From Mobula hypostoma (Eukaryota), in assembly GCF_963921235.1 (NCBI RefSeq), contig NC_086097.1:5642001-5706000 (forward strand): a stretch of 64,000 bases of DNA. The letters run 5' to 3'. A program made the position numbers and the translations under genes. Below the pieces are notes generated by a model. That model saw nothing but the letters and a program-made list of their open reading frames with translations, was not told the DNA's origin and made no database searches. Of the stretch, positions 46,393 to 59,220 are shown in pieces (the stretch's first letter is position 1; each line of letters starts with the position of its first letter).

Positions 46393-47929
46393 AATGTACT
46401 TACTGTATTAGAACTGTTTCTTGAATGATTTAAAGTTAATATTAAAATATGTTCAAAGTAATTTGTCATTTGGGCCTCTCTAAAAGGTTAAATTATATTT
46501 CATAATAAATTACTGTATAATGGCATATCCACTGGTAGTAAATTATGTGAAAAATACAAGCTTAAGGTAATACATTGATTATGATGCATAATCTCTGATT
46601 GCTTTTCATTTCTTAACATAGCTAAATTAAAATTATAATATTCATACACACTAGCATAAATCAGGACAAAGAATTCATTTAAGGGCTTGCATTCAAGGTG
46701 AGAGGGGATAATTTGAGAGATGTGACAGGCAGGTTTTTTACACAGGGACAGGTGGGTACTTGGAATGTGCTGTATGGGGTGGGGTAGAGGCTGATACATT
46801 AGAGACTTTTAAAGGACTTTCAGATAAGTACGGGAATGTGAGGAAAATGGAAGGATATGGACACTGTGTAGCTGGAATTTGTTCAGTTGGCCATTTGATT
46901 ACTAATTTATTTGGTTTAGCACGACGTTGTGGGCTGAATGGTCTGTTCTTGTGCTGTATTGTTCTACATTTCAAGTCAACAATGATGCAGATGTTCTTCA
47001 ATATCTGACATGTTTGTTGTTTCCTAAAATTAGGATGTTAGTAACAACACCAGTGGGGATAACCTCACTCAACTTCATTTGCACGAACAATGAACTGTTC
47101 TCACAAACTATGGACTCACTTTCAAGGACTCTTCATCTCATGTTCAACATAGTTATTTATTATTCTTTCATTTTCTTTCTTCTAGTACTTGAACACTTTG
47201 TGGCCTTTTGCACACAAGTTGTCTTTTCTATTGGTGCAGCCTTTTGTTGATTCTATTATAGTTATCGAGTATCTCAGGATTGTATTTGGTGACATAGATG
47301 TACTTTGATGATACATTAATTTTGAACTTTGAACTTTATCCATTGTGCATCATCTGACCAAGAATGTGTCCAGTCTTAACACTGAGGCCATTTTTTGTCA
47401 GTTCTCTGCTGACAGTGTATCAAATATCTCACATTTATTGTATAGAACATTAACGTAAATATACAGACAAATCATGGCTTATAACATGTTTTTCTAAGAA
47501 TTTATGGAATATTATGGTTTAACTTTAATCATGAATACTCGGGGTGTGCAGCGTGTCCAGGGAGGGGCAGCACCTCTGGTGAAGGGGCTCGTCATGTCCA
47601 TTCTGGGGCAGCTCACTCACCCTTGGCCCCACCAGACACTCAGCTCTCACCTGTGGATCTCAGCAGCTGTTTGCATAAATGAAAATATATATATATGTGT
47701 TAAAATTATGAATCAGGTCAAACTTTCACAGGCTCTCTATTCCGTAGAGTTCTGCTGGTTATTTTCTGCTCTCTTACAGTTTACCTGCTACCCCACTTTT
47801 CCACTACATTCGATTGGTAAGTGTAGCAGTGAAGTAGAGACACGCAAATGAGAGAGAGAGAGAGCCGAATGTGATGTCAATCCACTCTTTTGACACTACG
47901 AAGAGGTATGTGCAATTAGCTTGTTTATT

Positions 47930-49435
47930 TCAAAGTTCAAACTAAATATATTATTGGAGTACATATATGTCACCATATACTAGCATGAGATTCATTTTCT
48001 TGCAGGCATTTACAGTAAAACAAAAGAAATTCAATAAAAAACTGCACACAAAGACTGAGAAACAACCAATGTGCAAAAGACGGCAAACTGTGCAAGTAAA
48101 AACACAAATAATAATAATGATAAATAAACAAGTAAATAAAAAAATACTGAGAACATGAGTTGTAGAGTCATTGACAGTGAGTCCACAGGTTGTGGAATCA
48201 GTTCAAAGTTGAGGTGAGTGCAATTGAGGAGGACAGGATGGCGGCACGACGGCAGCGCGCGCGGCCTCTCTGATGATGAATATGTTACCTGTCAAGTAGG
48301 GGATCGTGCACAATTCTGATTTGATAGAGATGGACGTGACAGTACAGAGGAACATCTGGAAAACTTCTGAAATGCCTGCTTCGCTGCTGCTGCTGCTGTG
48401 TGGTAACCGGAATCTCCGGAGCAGAAGGCCCCGAATCCTCGGCTTTGCTTGTTTCAGCGACCAGGGCTAGGTCGAAGGCGCTCGGCAGAGGATGGCGCTC
48501 GGGAGGCTGTATCGGAGGGGATGGTCGGAGGCTCGAAGTTCACGGACGGACGGACTCAGTGTCCGCTGTGGTCGGCTGCTTCCAAGGCATCGGCAAGTTG
48601 ACGGTGCCTGGAGGTTTATGGCAGAGAGTTTCTCCCTTTTGCCGCCTGCTATCGGGGACTCGGGGACTTTTGAGAGTTCTTTTACCGTGCCCATGGTTTG
48701 CTCTTCATCAAATTATGGTTTTGCTTTGCACTGCTGTAACTATATGTTATAATTATGTGGTTCTGTCAGTGTTAGTCTTTGGTTTGTCCCGTTTTCTGTG
48801 ATATCACTCCGGAGAAACATTGTATCATTTTTTAATGCATGTATGCATTTCTAAATGACAATAAAAGAGGACTGAGTGTTCTCATAATCTACATTATCCA
48901 TATTGGTTCAGGAGCCTGATGGTTGAGGGGTAATAACAGTTCCTGAACCTGGTGGTGTGGGACCTGAGACTGTTATACGTCCTGCATGAAGGCAGCAGTG
49001 AGAAGAGAGCCTGACCTGGATGGCGGAGGGACTTGAGGATAGATGCTTCTTTCCTGTGTCAGAGCTCCTTGTAGATGAACTGAATGGTGGGGGGGGGTTT
49101 CCGTGTGATTGACTGAGCCGCATCCATTACTTCTGCAGGCACTTCCACTCTTGGACATTGGTGTTTCCATACCAGGCCCTGACGCAGCCTGTTGGCATGC
49201 TGTCCATAGAATTATATCAAAGTTTTAGATGACATGCTAAACTGGCGCAAACTTCTAAGAAAGTAGAGGTGCTGCCGTGCCTTCTTTGTGAAAGTACTTA
49301 AATGATGGTCACAGCACAGATCTTCTGAAATTATAACACTGAGGAATTTAAAGTTGCTGACCCTCTCCACTCTGACCCCAATGAGGACTGGCTCATGGAC
49401 CTCCGATTTCCTCCTCCTGCAGTCAATAATCAGCT
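47930..49435 (-). mobile_element. Rex1/Babar 3' fragment interrupted by a CpG-rich insertion (~48226-48890)
   Basis: Tail AAAGTTCAAA..; GGAGCCTGATGGTTGAGGGGTAATAAC segment as in 63330-64000. Confidence 0.7.
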
Positions 49436-49899
49436 CTCATTTTTCATATCTTCTAGTACTTCAAAGTATTTTTATTAGAGTTATTTTTATTTATATAATA
49501 ATGTTAAAAATAATACATAATTATACTGATATGACAAAATCAACAGTCAGTGCCTGTTGCCAATTGCAAAGATGAGGCTGAGACTTCTGAGACAGCTGGA
49601 CTCCCTGTCACTGAGAGAGGTTGGTGCTTGGTTCAGCCATTGGCATCTCCCGCAGACGAAGGAGTTCCGCTGGGTGTCACAGCAGGGTCCTGGTCTCTGC
49701 CTACAAATATACTCCGTGATGGTACAGTGCCTATGCTGCCGATAAACTTGTTCATGTTTTTCAATAAAGTTTTATGCATGAGTTCCACTGTACAGGTAAA
49801 TAGCTCCAGGTAATTTATAGTCATTCATTTGCTATTTGTTAAACTGCATTAGCATTGCACATGCAACAAATCTATTATTTTTGATATAACTTACATATC

Positions 49900-50140
49900 T
49901 ACTTAAGCCCTTCATCCTTACTGGGGCATAGGCTGCCTACAGCAGCTCACCAGGGTCCTCTGTCCTGGGCCGGTCTCTTTCAAGTTGTCCCCAGGCGTAG
50001 CCATCTTTGAAGATGCTTCCTCTCCCAGGGATGAGGTCTTTGGAGGTTCTGTAACTCCGGGTCTTTACACGGTGTGGTTGCTAGTCCCATGTGAACCCTC
50101 CTATTTTCAAAGCTGGACTTGTGACCATCCGCAGCAGAGA
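49900..50140 (-). mobile_element. Short RTE-derived element
   Basis: Minus strand reads AQDRGPW*AAVGSLCPSKDEGLK* (RTE ORF C-end type), joined to a 5'UTR-like segment. Confidence 0.5.
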
Positions 50141-50294
50141 TTTTTTTTATATATAAACAATGTTCCACCCTGGATTTATTCAATCACACCACCATCAATT
50201 CGGTAACATCATAATATTTAGCAGCCACAGGATTAACTGATCAAACAGTCACTTAGAGTAGGATCTGCCAACGTGAGGGTATGACTTTATTAAG

Positions 50295-51910
50295 AGATCA
50301 TGTTCCAGTACAATAATTTGCTAATGAAACCTCATGGACAGTGTTCTCAGGGATTTACCACTCTTGTTTGTTTACCTAGATGATTTTTTGGTAGCCAGCC
50401 CTTCTAGAGATGAACATCTCTTCAGCTTGAAAATCCTTTTCAAATGCCTTAGTCAGCACCACCTTATTGTTAGGCCGGTGAAGTGCCCGTTTGATCAGTC
50501 CCTGGTCGATTTCCTCGGACACCGCGTCAATGCAGCAGGGGCAGTTCCCCTGGTGGCTAAACTTGGGTCTGTTAAGCGCCTCCCTCAGCCAGTCATCGTT
50601 AAGGCCCTGCAGAAGTTTTTGTGCATGGTGAACTTATATCACCATTTTGTCCCCAAAGTAGCTCAGCTCACTTGCTAACTCTGCAAGGCCTTTAAGGGCA
50701 CAACGGCCAAGCACAGTAGGGTCCATGGTGTTTGCAGACACTAAGCAGGCATTGTCTAATGCAACTCTGCTAGCGCACCCTCTCCTAGATGTGCCGATGG
50801 TTCTCCACACTCTCACCAATTGTCACGGTGCATGAACAGTTGTTTAATGGCACTTAGCAACCTCTCACCTTTTTTAGCCGTCAGCTTCGTCCCTGTGAGC
50901 ACAAGTACAGCACATTAGACCGTGAGCTTTAGGGCCTGTAATTGGCAGTGCGGCAGTTTCATTGTATCCTAGAGAAGCGTCCATTTACAGCTTTTGTGGA
51001 TCATAAGGCCCTAACAGTCACCATAGCTAAGGTTTCTGAATCTTGGTCTGCTCGAACAGCAGCACCATCTCTCTTTTATTTCACAGTTCACCACAGACAT
51101 CCAGCATGTTGCGGGGAAGCGTAACCTTGTGGCTGACTGCCTTTCGCAGTCCTTCACTGGTACTATCCATCTGAACAGCGTTTCGACCATGCGAATGTGG
51201 ATTTGGTTGGCCCATTGTCCCCGTCCTGCGGGTTTACTCACCTCCTCACCATTGTTGAAAAGATCACATGTTGGCCGGAGGCAGTGCTACTGTTGTCCAT
51301 TTCAGTCGCGGAGGTGTTCATTGGCTTGTGGTTTGCTCGGTTTAGCATCCCATCGGCTATCTCTTCAGACCGAGAGACACAGTTTATGTCTGAGCTTTGG
51401 TGTGTGGTTGCCTGTGATCTGGGGGTCAAACTGCACCAGACATCAGCTCATTACCCTCAGGTCAACGGTCTGTGTGAGCAGTTCAACTATTCAATGAAAG
51501 CCGCTCTCCGTGCATGCCTCAGTGTGTGGACAGACTGCCGTGGGTCATGCTGGGCCTGAGGATGGCCCCTAAGGCAGACCTTCAGTGCTCTTCTGCAGAA
51601 CTCATTTCTAGGCAACCCCTGCGAGTGCCAGGAGAGTTCCTCCCAATGTCCACGGTCCCACTGTCTGCGTCGCAGCTGCGGTCGGCTTTTATGGACAACG
51701 ACAAAACTTTCACTCCAGTGCCCACGACACAACATGGCCTACCACGGTCGAACCTGTTGCCGAGTCTGCGGGAGGAAAAGTATGAGTTTGTACATCATGA
51801 CGGACATCGGGGTCCCTTACGGCTGCCTTATGACGGCCCATTCCATGTGTGGAAAGTGGAGGATAATTTTTTATGCTGGACTTTGGAGGCATCCCGGACA
51901 GTGTTTCTGT
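50295..51910 (+). mobile_element. Degenerate Gypsy pol fragment (RT-RNase H-integrase, with deletions)
   Basis: MDSVLRDLPLLFVYLDDFLVAS..FLGH; VRQFHCILEKRPFTAFVDHKAL; DLVGPL..LLTIV..WPEAV..SDRETQF..YPQVNGLCE; YDGPF. Confidence 0.9.
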
Positions 51911-54900
51911 GGAGCATCCAAATGGTGGTTATATATATATATATAAAACCAGCATTTGTTTGTTGTTGGAAAAAAGTGTGTGTTAGAAGTGACTACACGC
52001 ATGTCAATTTTTGTCAACACACCTACATAAGTCCTTTTCACCTGCTGCTTCAATATCTTGCGTGCTTTCTCACAAATGCTTTGAACGATCATCTATTTGT
52101 TATGTGCCATGTTGTGTGATGTGGACAATCATGGTCATTCCAATGACCATAAGATATAGGAGACAATTTAAGCCATTTGGCTCTCCTACATTTCATCATG
52201 GCCGATCCATTTTTCCTCTCAGTCTCAATCTCCTGCCTTCCCTGTATTCCTTCATACCCTGACCAATCGAGAATCTATCAACCTCTGCGTTAAATATCCA
52301 TAAAGACTTGGCCTCCATAGCTTCCTGTTGCAACAAATACCACAGATTTGTTATTCTCCGGCTAAAGAAATTCCTCCTCACCTCCATTTTAAAAGGACCC
52401 TCCTCATTCTTTGTAATTCCGGTGAATACAGGCCCAGAGCCATCAAATGCTCTTCATATGACAAACTGTTTAATCCTGGAATAATTTCCATGAACCTCCT
52501 TTGCCCATTTCAGCATACCCTTTCTAAGATAAGGGGCCCAGAATTGCTCACAGTACTCTAATGAGGCCTCACCAGTCCTTTATAAAGTTTTAACTTCACA
52601 TTCTTGCTTTAATAACCTAGTCCACTTGAAATGAATGCTAACATTGCATTTGCTTTCCTCACTATAGACTCAACCTAAAAATTAACCTTCAGGAAATCCT
52701 GCACAAGGATTCCCAAATCCCTTTGCACAGCAGATTTTTGTATTTTCTCTACATTTACAATAGTCAACCCTTTCATTTCTTCTACCAAAGTGCATGATGA
52801 TTCACTTCCTGAGACTGTATTCTGTCTACCACTTCCTTGCCCTTTCAGGTCATCTGTCTAAATCCTTCAACAGTCTCTATTTCCTCAAAACTACCTGCCC
52901 CTCCAGCTACCTTTGTATTGTCTGCAAACTTTGCAAAAAGACATCAATTCCTTCATCCAAATCATTGACATATAATGTAAAAAGAATCAGTTCCAATACA
53001 GATCCCTGTGGAACACTACAAGTCACCGGCAGCCAACCAGAAAAATTTCCCTTTATTCCCACTCTTTGCCTCCTGCAAACCAGCTACTGCTTTATCCATG
53101 CTAGAGTATTTCTGTAATTCCATGGGCTTGTAGCTTGTGAAGCAGCCTCATGTGTGGCACCTTGTCCAAGGCCTTCTGAAAATACAAGTACACAACATCA
53201 ACCAATTCTCCTTTGTCTATCCTGCTTGTTATTTCTTCAAAGAATTCTAACAGATTTGTCAGGCCAGATTTTCTGTTGAGGAAACCATGTTGACTGCGGC
53301 TTATTTTATCAAATCCCTCCAAGTACCCCGAAACCACATTCTTAACCATCGATTCCAACATATTCCCAACCACTGAGGTCAGACTAGCTAGCAAAAAATT
53401 TCACTTCTTCTGCGTCTCTCACTTCTTGAAGAGTGGAGTGACATCTGAAATTTTCCAGTCTTCTGGAACCATTCCAGAATGTAGTGATTCTTGCAAAATC
53501 ATTACTAATGCCTCCACAATCTCTTCTGCCACCTCCTTCAGAACCCTGGGTTTAACACCAACTGGTCCATGTGACTTATCTACCTTCAGACCCTTCTATT
53601 TGCAAAGAATCTTCTCTCTAGTTATGGTAACTTCACACAATTCATGACCCCTTTCACCTGGAACTTCCACCGTACTCATAGTGTCTTCTATAGTGAAGAC
53701 TGATGCAAAATTCTTATTCAGTTCGTCCACCATTACTATCTCTCCAGCATCATTTCCCAATGGTTTGAAAGCACTGTCACCTCTCTTTTACACTTCATGT
53801 ATCTGTGAAACTTTTGGTATCCTCTTTAATTTTATTGGCTAGTTTACTTTCATATTCTATCTTTACCTTCTTAATGACTTTTTAGTTCCCTTCTGTTAGT
53901 ATTTAAATGCTTCCCAATCTTGTAACTTCCCACTAATATTTGCTCTATTATATGCCCTCTCATTGGCTTTTATGTTGGCTTTGACTTCCATAGCTAGCCT
54001 TATCATCTTGCCTTTAGAATATTGCTTCCTCGTTGGGATGTATATACCCTGAGAGTTGCTTCCAGAAATTCCAGCCATTGCAGCTCTGCCATCATCCCTG
54101 CCACCGTTCTATCCCTATCAATTCTGGTCAATTCCTCACATGCCTCTGTAATTCCCTTTACTCCACTGTAATACTGATATATCTGACTTTAGCTTCGTCT
54201 TCTCAAATTTCAGGGTGAATTCAATCATATTATGATCACTTGCCTCTAAGGGTTCTTTTACCTTTAGCTTTCTAATCTACTCCGCTTCATTGCACAACCT
54301 CCAATCCAGAACAGTTGATCCCCTAGAGGACTCAACGATGAGCTAAATAGCCATCTCGTTGGCATTCTGGAAATTCCCACTCTTGGAATCCCACAACAAC
54401 CTGATTTTCTCAACCTACCTACATATTGAAATCCCCATAACTATTGTAATATTGCCCTTGTGGCCTGCATTTTCTACCTCCTGTTGTAATTTATAGGCCA
54501 CATCCTTACTACTGTTTGGGAGCCTGTATACAACTCCCATCAGTGTCTTTTTACCCTTAGCTCTATCCACAATGATTCAACACCTTCTGACCCAATGTCA
54601 CCTCTTGCTAATAATTTGATTTCATTTTTTACCAATAGAGCCATGCCACCCCCTTTGCCTTCCTGCTTATCCTTTCAAAACAATGTGTATCCTTGGACAT
54701 TTAGCACCTACCTATAATCTACTTTTAGCCATGATTCAGTGGTGCCTACATCATACTTGCCAATCTGTAACTGTGCTACAAGTTCATTGGCCTTATTCTG
54801 TATACTGTGCACATTCAGATTTAAAACTTTTAGTCCTGTATTCACCCTTTTCAATTTTGTCTGCCTTTTACATTGCAACTCTGCCTGTTAACTGCAATTT

Positions 54901-54968
54901 TGCCCTGTCATCAGCCTCTCCTTGCTAGGAGTATCAGTACACTTTGTCTTTGTTTGAAAGCCAACTAC

Positions 54969-55981
54969 ACCACAGGGGTGTGTTCTCAGCCCCATCCTCT
55001 ATTCTCTTTTCACCCATGACTGCTCTACCATTCACACCACCAACACCATTGTCAAATTTGCTGACGATACCGCCCTAATAGGTATCATATCAGACTGTGA
55101 TGAAACAGCCTATAGGGAGGAGGTACAACATTTGACAGAATGGTGTTGTCATAATAACCTGGACTTGAACATCACAAAAACCAAGGAGCTGATAGTAGGC
55201 TTCAGGAAATCAAGGCGCGTCGAGCACTCTGCTCTGCACATATACGGGAAAGAGGTGGAGAGAGTAGAGAGTTTCAAGTTCCTCGGCGTCCACATCTCGG
55301 ATGACTTCACCCGGACTGCCCATATCTCTTATCAGGCGGGGAAGGCCCAACAGAGGCTCTACTTCCTAAGGAAGCTAAAGCACGCTCTCCTCCCTCATCA
55401 CCTGCTGATCAACTTCTGTCGGACAACTATAGAGAGCCTCCTGACGTATTGCTGTGCAGTGTGGTTTGCCAGCTGCACAGAACAGAGCAGGAAGGACTTG
55501 CAGCGGGTGGTGAGGGTAGCAGAGCGGATTATTGGCACAACATTACCCTCCTTCAGAGACATTTATACTGGCAGACTTCAAAAGAAGGCTACTTGTATTT
55601 CAAAGGATCCCACTCATCCTGGACATCACCTGTTTTCTCCTCTACCTTCTGGGAAGAGATACAGAGCATTAAGGACGAAAACAAAGAGACTCTTTAACGG
55701 CTTCTACCCACAAGCAGTGAAACGTATAACACCTCCTTCCCTTCTCCTGCCCCCCTCCTAAGACGGTGGAAGCTAAATGCATCACACTTACAGGAATGGC
55801 AGCTGTGCAATAGCCCTACCTCCCCCCCATCCATATTATTAATTTTGGACTGCACTCCTGAGGTTTTAGAGTTTATTTTATGTATATATTCTTTGTCATG
55901 CTGCAAAACGTTGAGCTGCTAAACTGTGTTTCATTGCTCCACAACAATGACAATAAAGATATTCTTCTTCTTCTTCTTCTT
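54969..55981 (+). mobile_element. Young 5'-truncated Rex1/Babar LINE
   Basis: Uninterrupted frame 54970-55761 (PQGCVLSP..KFADDT..KTKELIV..FLGVHI..QQRLYFLRKLK..FYPQAV), AATAAA, (TTC)n tail, probable TSD CTAC (54965-54968 and 55982-55985). Confidence 0.92.
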
Positions 55982-57109
55982 CTACCTCACCTTCAGCACT
56001 ATCAATCCAGTTCCCATCCCCATGCCAAATTAGTTTGAATCCACCTGAACAACTCTATTAAACCTGCCCGCAAGGATATTGGACTCTCTCAGGTTCAGGT
56101 GAAATCTGTTCCTTTGGTATAGGTCATAACTTCCCCAGAAGAGATTCCAATGCTCCATAAATATGAACCCTTGCCCCCTGTATCAGTTCCTCAGCTACGT
56201 GTTTACCTGTCAAATCATCTTATTCTTACCCTCACTGGCAGCAATCCAGAGATTAATACCCTGGCAGTCCTGTTTTTCAGCTTTCTACCCAGCTCCCTAA
56301 AATCTCTCTTCAGGGACCTCCTCACTTTGTCTTTGATGCCAGTATGTACCAAGACTTCTGTCTGCTCACCCTCAGCGTTGAGAATGCAAAGCACTTGATC
56401 AAAGACATCCCCAATTCTGGCACCACAGAGGCAACATACCATCCAGGTGCCTCTGTCTATCGTGCCCACGAAACCTCGTCACTGTTCTTCTTCCTAAAGA
56501 ATTTCCTATCAGCGCTGCAGTCCTCTTCAGCACTCTGCTCTTCAGAGCCACCGCACTAGACTCAGTGCCAGAGACCTGCTCATTGTGGCTCCTTCCCTTG
56601 TAGGACATCCTCCTCCACCGTATCTAAAGTTGTATTGAGCGGAACTATTGAGGGGAACGGCCACAGGTGTGCTCTGCACTTTCTATACCTTCCTTCTCCT
56701 GACAGTCACCCAGTTACCTGTCTCCTGCATCTCAGGGGTGACTACCTCCCTGTAGTTTTTTTCTATCACCTCCACATACTCTGTATCTGCATAGTCGAAG
56801 GTTATCCACCTGCTGCTCCCGTTCCTTAACACATTCTCCCAGGAGCTGCAGCTCAGCGCACCTGGTGCAGATGTGTTTACCTGGGAGACATCCCACACAC
56901 AGTACAAAACACTCCCCCTGGAGCCAGTCTCATGATACTCTGCACTAATGGATGAGGACCGAACAATTAAGTACAGAGAGAGAGTAACTTACAAGACAAT
57001 CTACCTCACCCGAGCCTGATGAGCCAGTGACACCCTAGAGACTGGCACACCCCAAAACAATGGCTGCTCCGCTTGTCATTGAATTATTTTTAGTGGTCCT
57101 TTCTAATGA

Positions 57110-57450
57110 ATCCCTCTCGCTGATTGGTCACTCCTCAACTCAGAGACTCTGCCGTAAAACTCGGCGTTTGAAACCTCGATCGCTGCCCTCATTAAAACGC
57201 CACTCTTTTCACACACCCCTGGTGTGGATTGTCCAACTCAGAGGAAGCTGGCTCAAAGCTCTGCTTTTTAAATCTTGAATGCAGAACTAACTGAAAGGTA
57301 GCTCTTCTTACGCAATGTTTCTTGCTGATTGGTTGCTACTCAACTCAAGGAATTTGCCATGAAACTCTGACTTTTAAATTTTGATTTCCACCCGGATTAA
57401 AAAGTCGTTCTTTTTACACATCCCTGGTGTAGATTGTCCAACTCAGAGCT
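57110..57450 (-). repeat. Two diverged ~205-bp-period monomers at the CR1 5' end, each with a CCAAT box
   Basis: GCTGATTGGT..CTCAACTCA.....CCCTGGTGT(G/A)GATTGTCCAACTCAGAG at 57119-57242 and 57324-57447. Confidence 0.7.
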
Positions 57451-57909
57451 TTTCTTGGCAATTTTTTCTACAGAAGTGGGTTGTCATTGCCTTCTTCTGA
57501 ACAGGTGACCCCATTCATTATCAATACTCTTCAGAGGTTGTCTGCCTGGCTTCAGTGGTCCAATAACCAGGATTTGTGATATAAGTCAGCAGCTAAAATA
57601 ACCATCCACCACCTTGTCCCATGGCTTCACGTGACCCTGATCGGGGGCTAAGCAGGTGAAGCACCTTGCTCAGGGGTAACCTGCAGGCTAGCCGAGGGAA
57701 TGAGTGCCTTACACCTCCTTTGGTAAAGATGTATCGCCACCCCACCAGCCAGGTATAGAACAGTTCTTGCAACAACAGGTCACGGGTCAGGATCATTAGT
57801 GGTGCATCATGGAGAGGGCCATATGGCGGAAGAATCTTGGAAAGGGGGAAGGTCAGTGAATCAGTTTTTGGAGAGATCGTGACCTTGATCCTAGGTTGGA
57901 GCGCAAGGC

Positions 57910-58027
57910 GATGGTTACAGCTGAGTTCTCTGACTCCCCACTCATCAGGGGATGGTTACAACTAGGTACCTGGTTCCCCACTCATTGGGGGATGGTCACA
58001 ACTGAGTGCCCTGATACTCACTTATTG
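57910..58027. repeat. Minisatellite, three units of ~40 bp
   Basis: GATGGT(T/C)ACA..CTxxGT..CTG...CACT(C/T)AT units start at 57910, 57951 and 57991. Confidence 0.75.
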
Positions 58028-58488
58028 ACCCTGAACTCCACTTTTCTTTTCTCCAAATGATTAACTGAAGCTGCTTGAATCACAGTCTGGTATGGAGGGG
58101 CTACTGCACAGGATCAGAAAAAGCGACAGAAAGTTGCAAACTCATTTAGATCCATCAGTATCTAGGACATCTTGAAAAGGTGATGCCTCAAAAAGGCAGC
58201 ATCTGTCATTAAGGATCTCCGTCACCCAGATCACGCACTGCCAATGCAAAACAACAAATTTCATGATATATGCCAGTGATATTAAACCTGATTTGGATTC
58301 TGATTCAGATTATCTTGAGGGTCTTGTTTTCTAAGGTTCTTGACGAGATCAAATGACTGATCCCTTTCAGAAAGCCATTTGGCGAAGAGAGGGTGACATT
58401 ATCTAGAGTTTGGGTAGTGATGAATTTCTGATTTGGTGAAGAGTGGAAGAATGCTCTTGGTGATGGAGAACACTCAATAATGCGCTCT

Positions 58489-58489
<1 letters not shown>

Positions 58490-58521
<32 letters not shown>
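58490..58521. repeat. (CA)n microsatellite
   Basis: Direct reading; similar simple repeats at 7586-7616 (CA), 9684-9712 (TA/CA) and 60191-60214 (TA). Confidence 0.95.
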
Positions 58522-58523
<2 letters not shown>

Positions 58524-58589
58524 CCTTGTCATTCTGCTCTTGTGCTGAGCATACACACTTCAATATCTTCCCCAGTTTATCTCAAAATG

Positions 58590-59220
58590 GACCATATAAC
58601 CATATAACCATATAACAATTACAGCACGGAAACAGGCCATCTCAGCCCTTCTAGTCCGTGCCGAACTCTTACCCTATCCTATTCCCACCGACCTGCACTC
58701 AGCCCATAACCCTCATTCCTTTCTTGTCCATACATCTACCCAACTTAACTTTAAACAACAACATCGAACCTGCCTCAACCACTTCTGCTGGAAGCTCGTT
58801 CCACACAGCTACCACTCTCTGAGTAAAGAAGTTCCCCCTCATGTTACCCCTAAACTTTTGTCCTCTAATTCTCAACTCATGCCCTCTTGTTTGAATCTTC
58901 CCCACTCTCAACGGGAAAATGTCTAACCATGTCAACTCTATCAATCCCCCTCATAATTTTAAACACCTCTATCAAGTCTTCCCTCAACCTTCTACACTCC
59001 AAAGAATAAAGACCTAACTTGTTCAACCTTTCTCTGTAACTTAGGAGATGAAACTCAGGCAACATTTTAGTAAACCTCCTCTGTACTCTCTCAATTTTAT
59101 TGACATCTTTCCTATAATTCGGTGACCAGAACTGTACACAATACTCCAGATTTGGCCTTACCAATGCCTTATACAAATTCAACATTACATCCCAACTCCT
59201 ATACTCAATGCTATACTCAA
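58590..59220 (-). mobile_element. CR1 3' end, same subfamily as 22905-24135
   Basis: LYKALVRPNLEYCVQFWSPNY..; (ATATGGTT)n tail on the minus strand. Confidence 0.92.

Larger units (their letters stand above)
52147..57450 (-). mobile_element. Apparently full-length, degenerate CR1 LINE (5'UTR monomers, ORF1, ORF2, 3' tail), interrupted by Rex1
   Basis: ORF1 remnant VCCLCGARIGDV..GEQTEVLVHTG..FRELGRKLKNRTARVLISGLLPV (SGNH-esterase type, 56215-56469); ORF2 SLTSVVGNMLE..QHGF..LTNLLEFFE..KALDKVPH; 3' tail near 52150. Confidence 0.85.

Noticed and set aside
57910..58027. CRISPR-like array
   Set aside because: Units are wholly homologous with no unique spacers; eukaryotic context and no cas genes.
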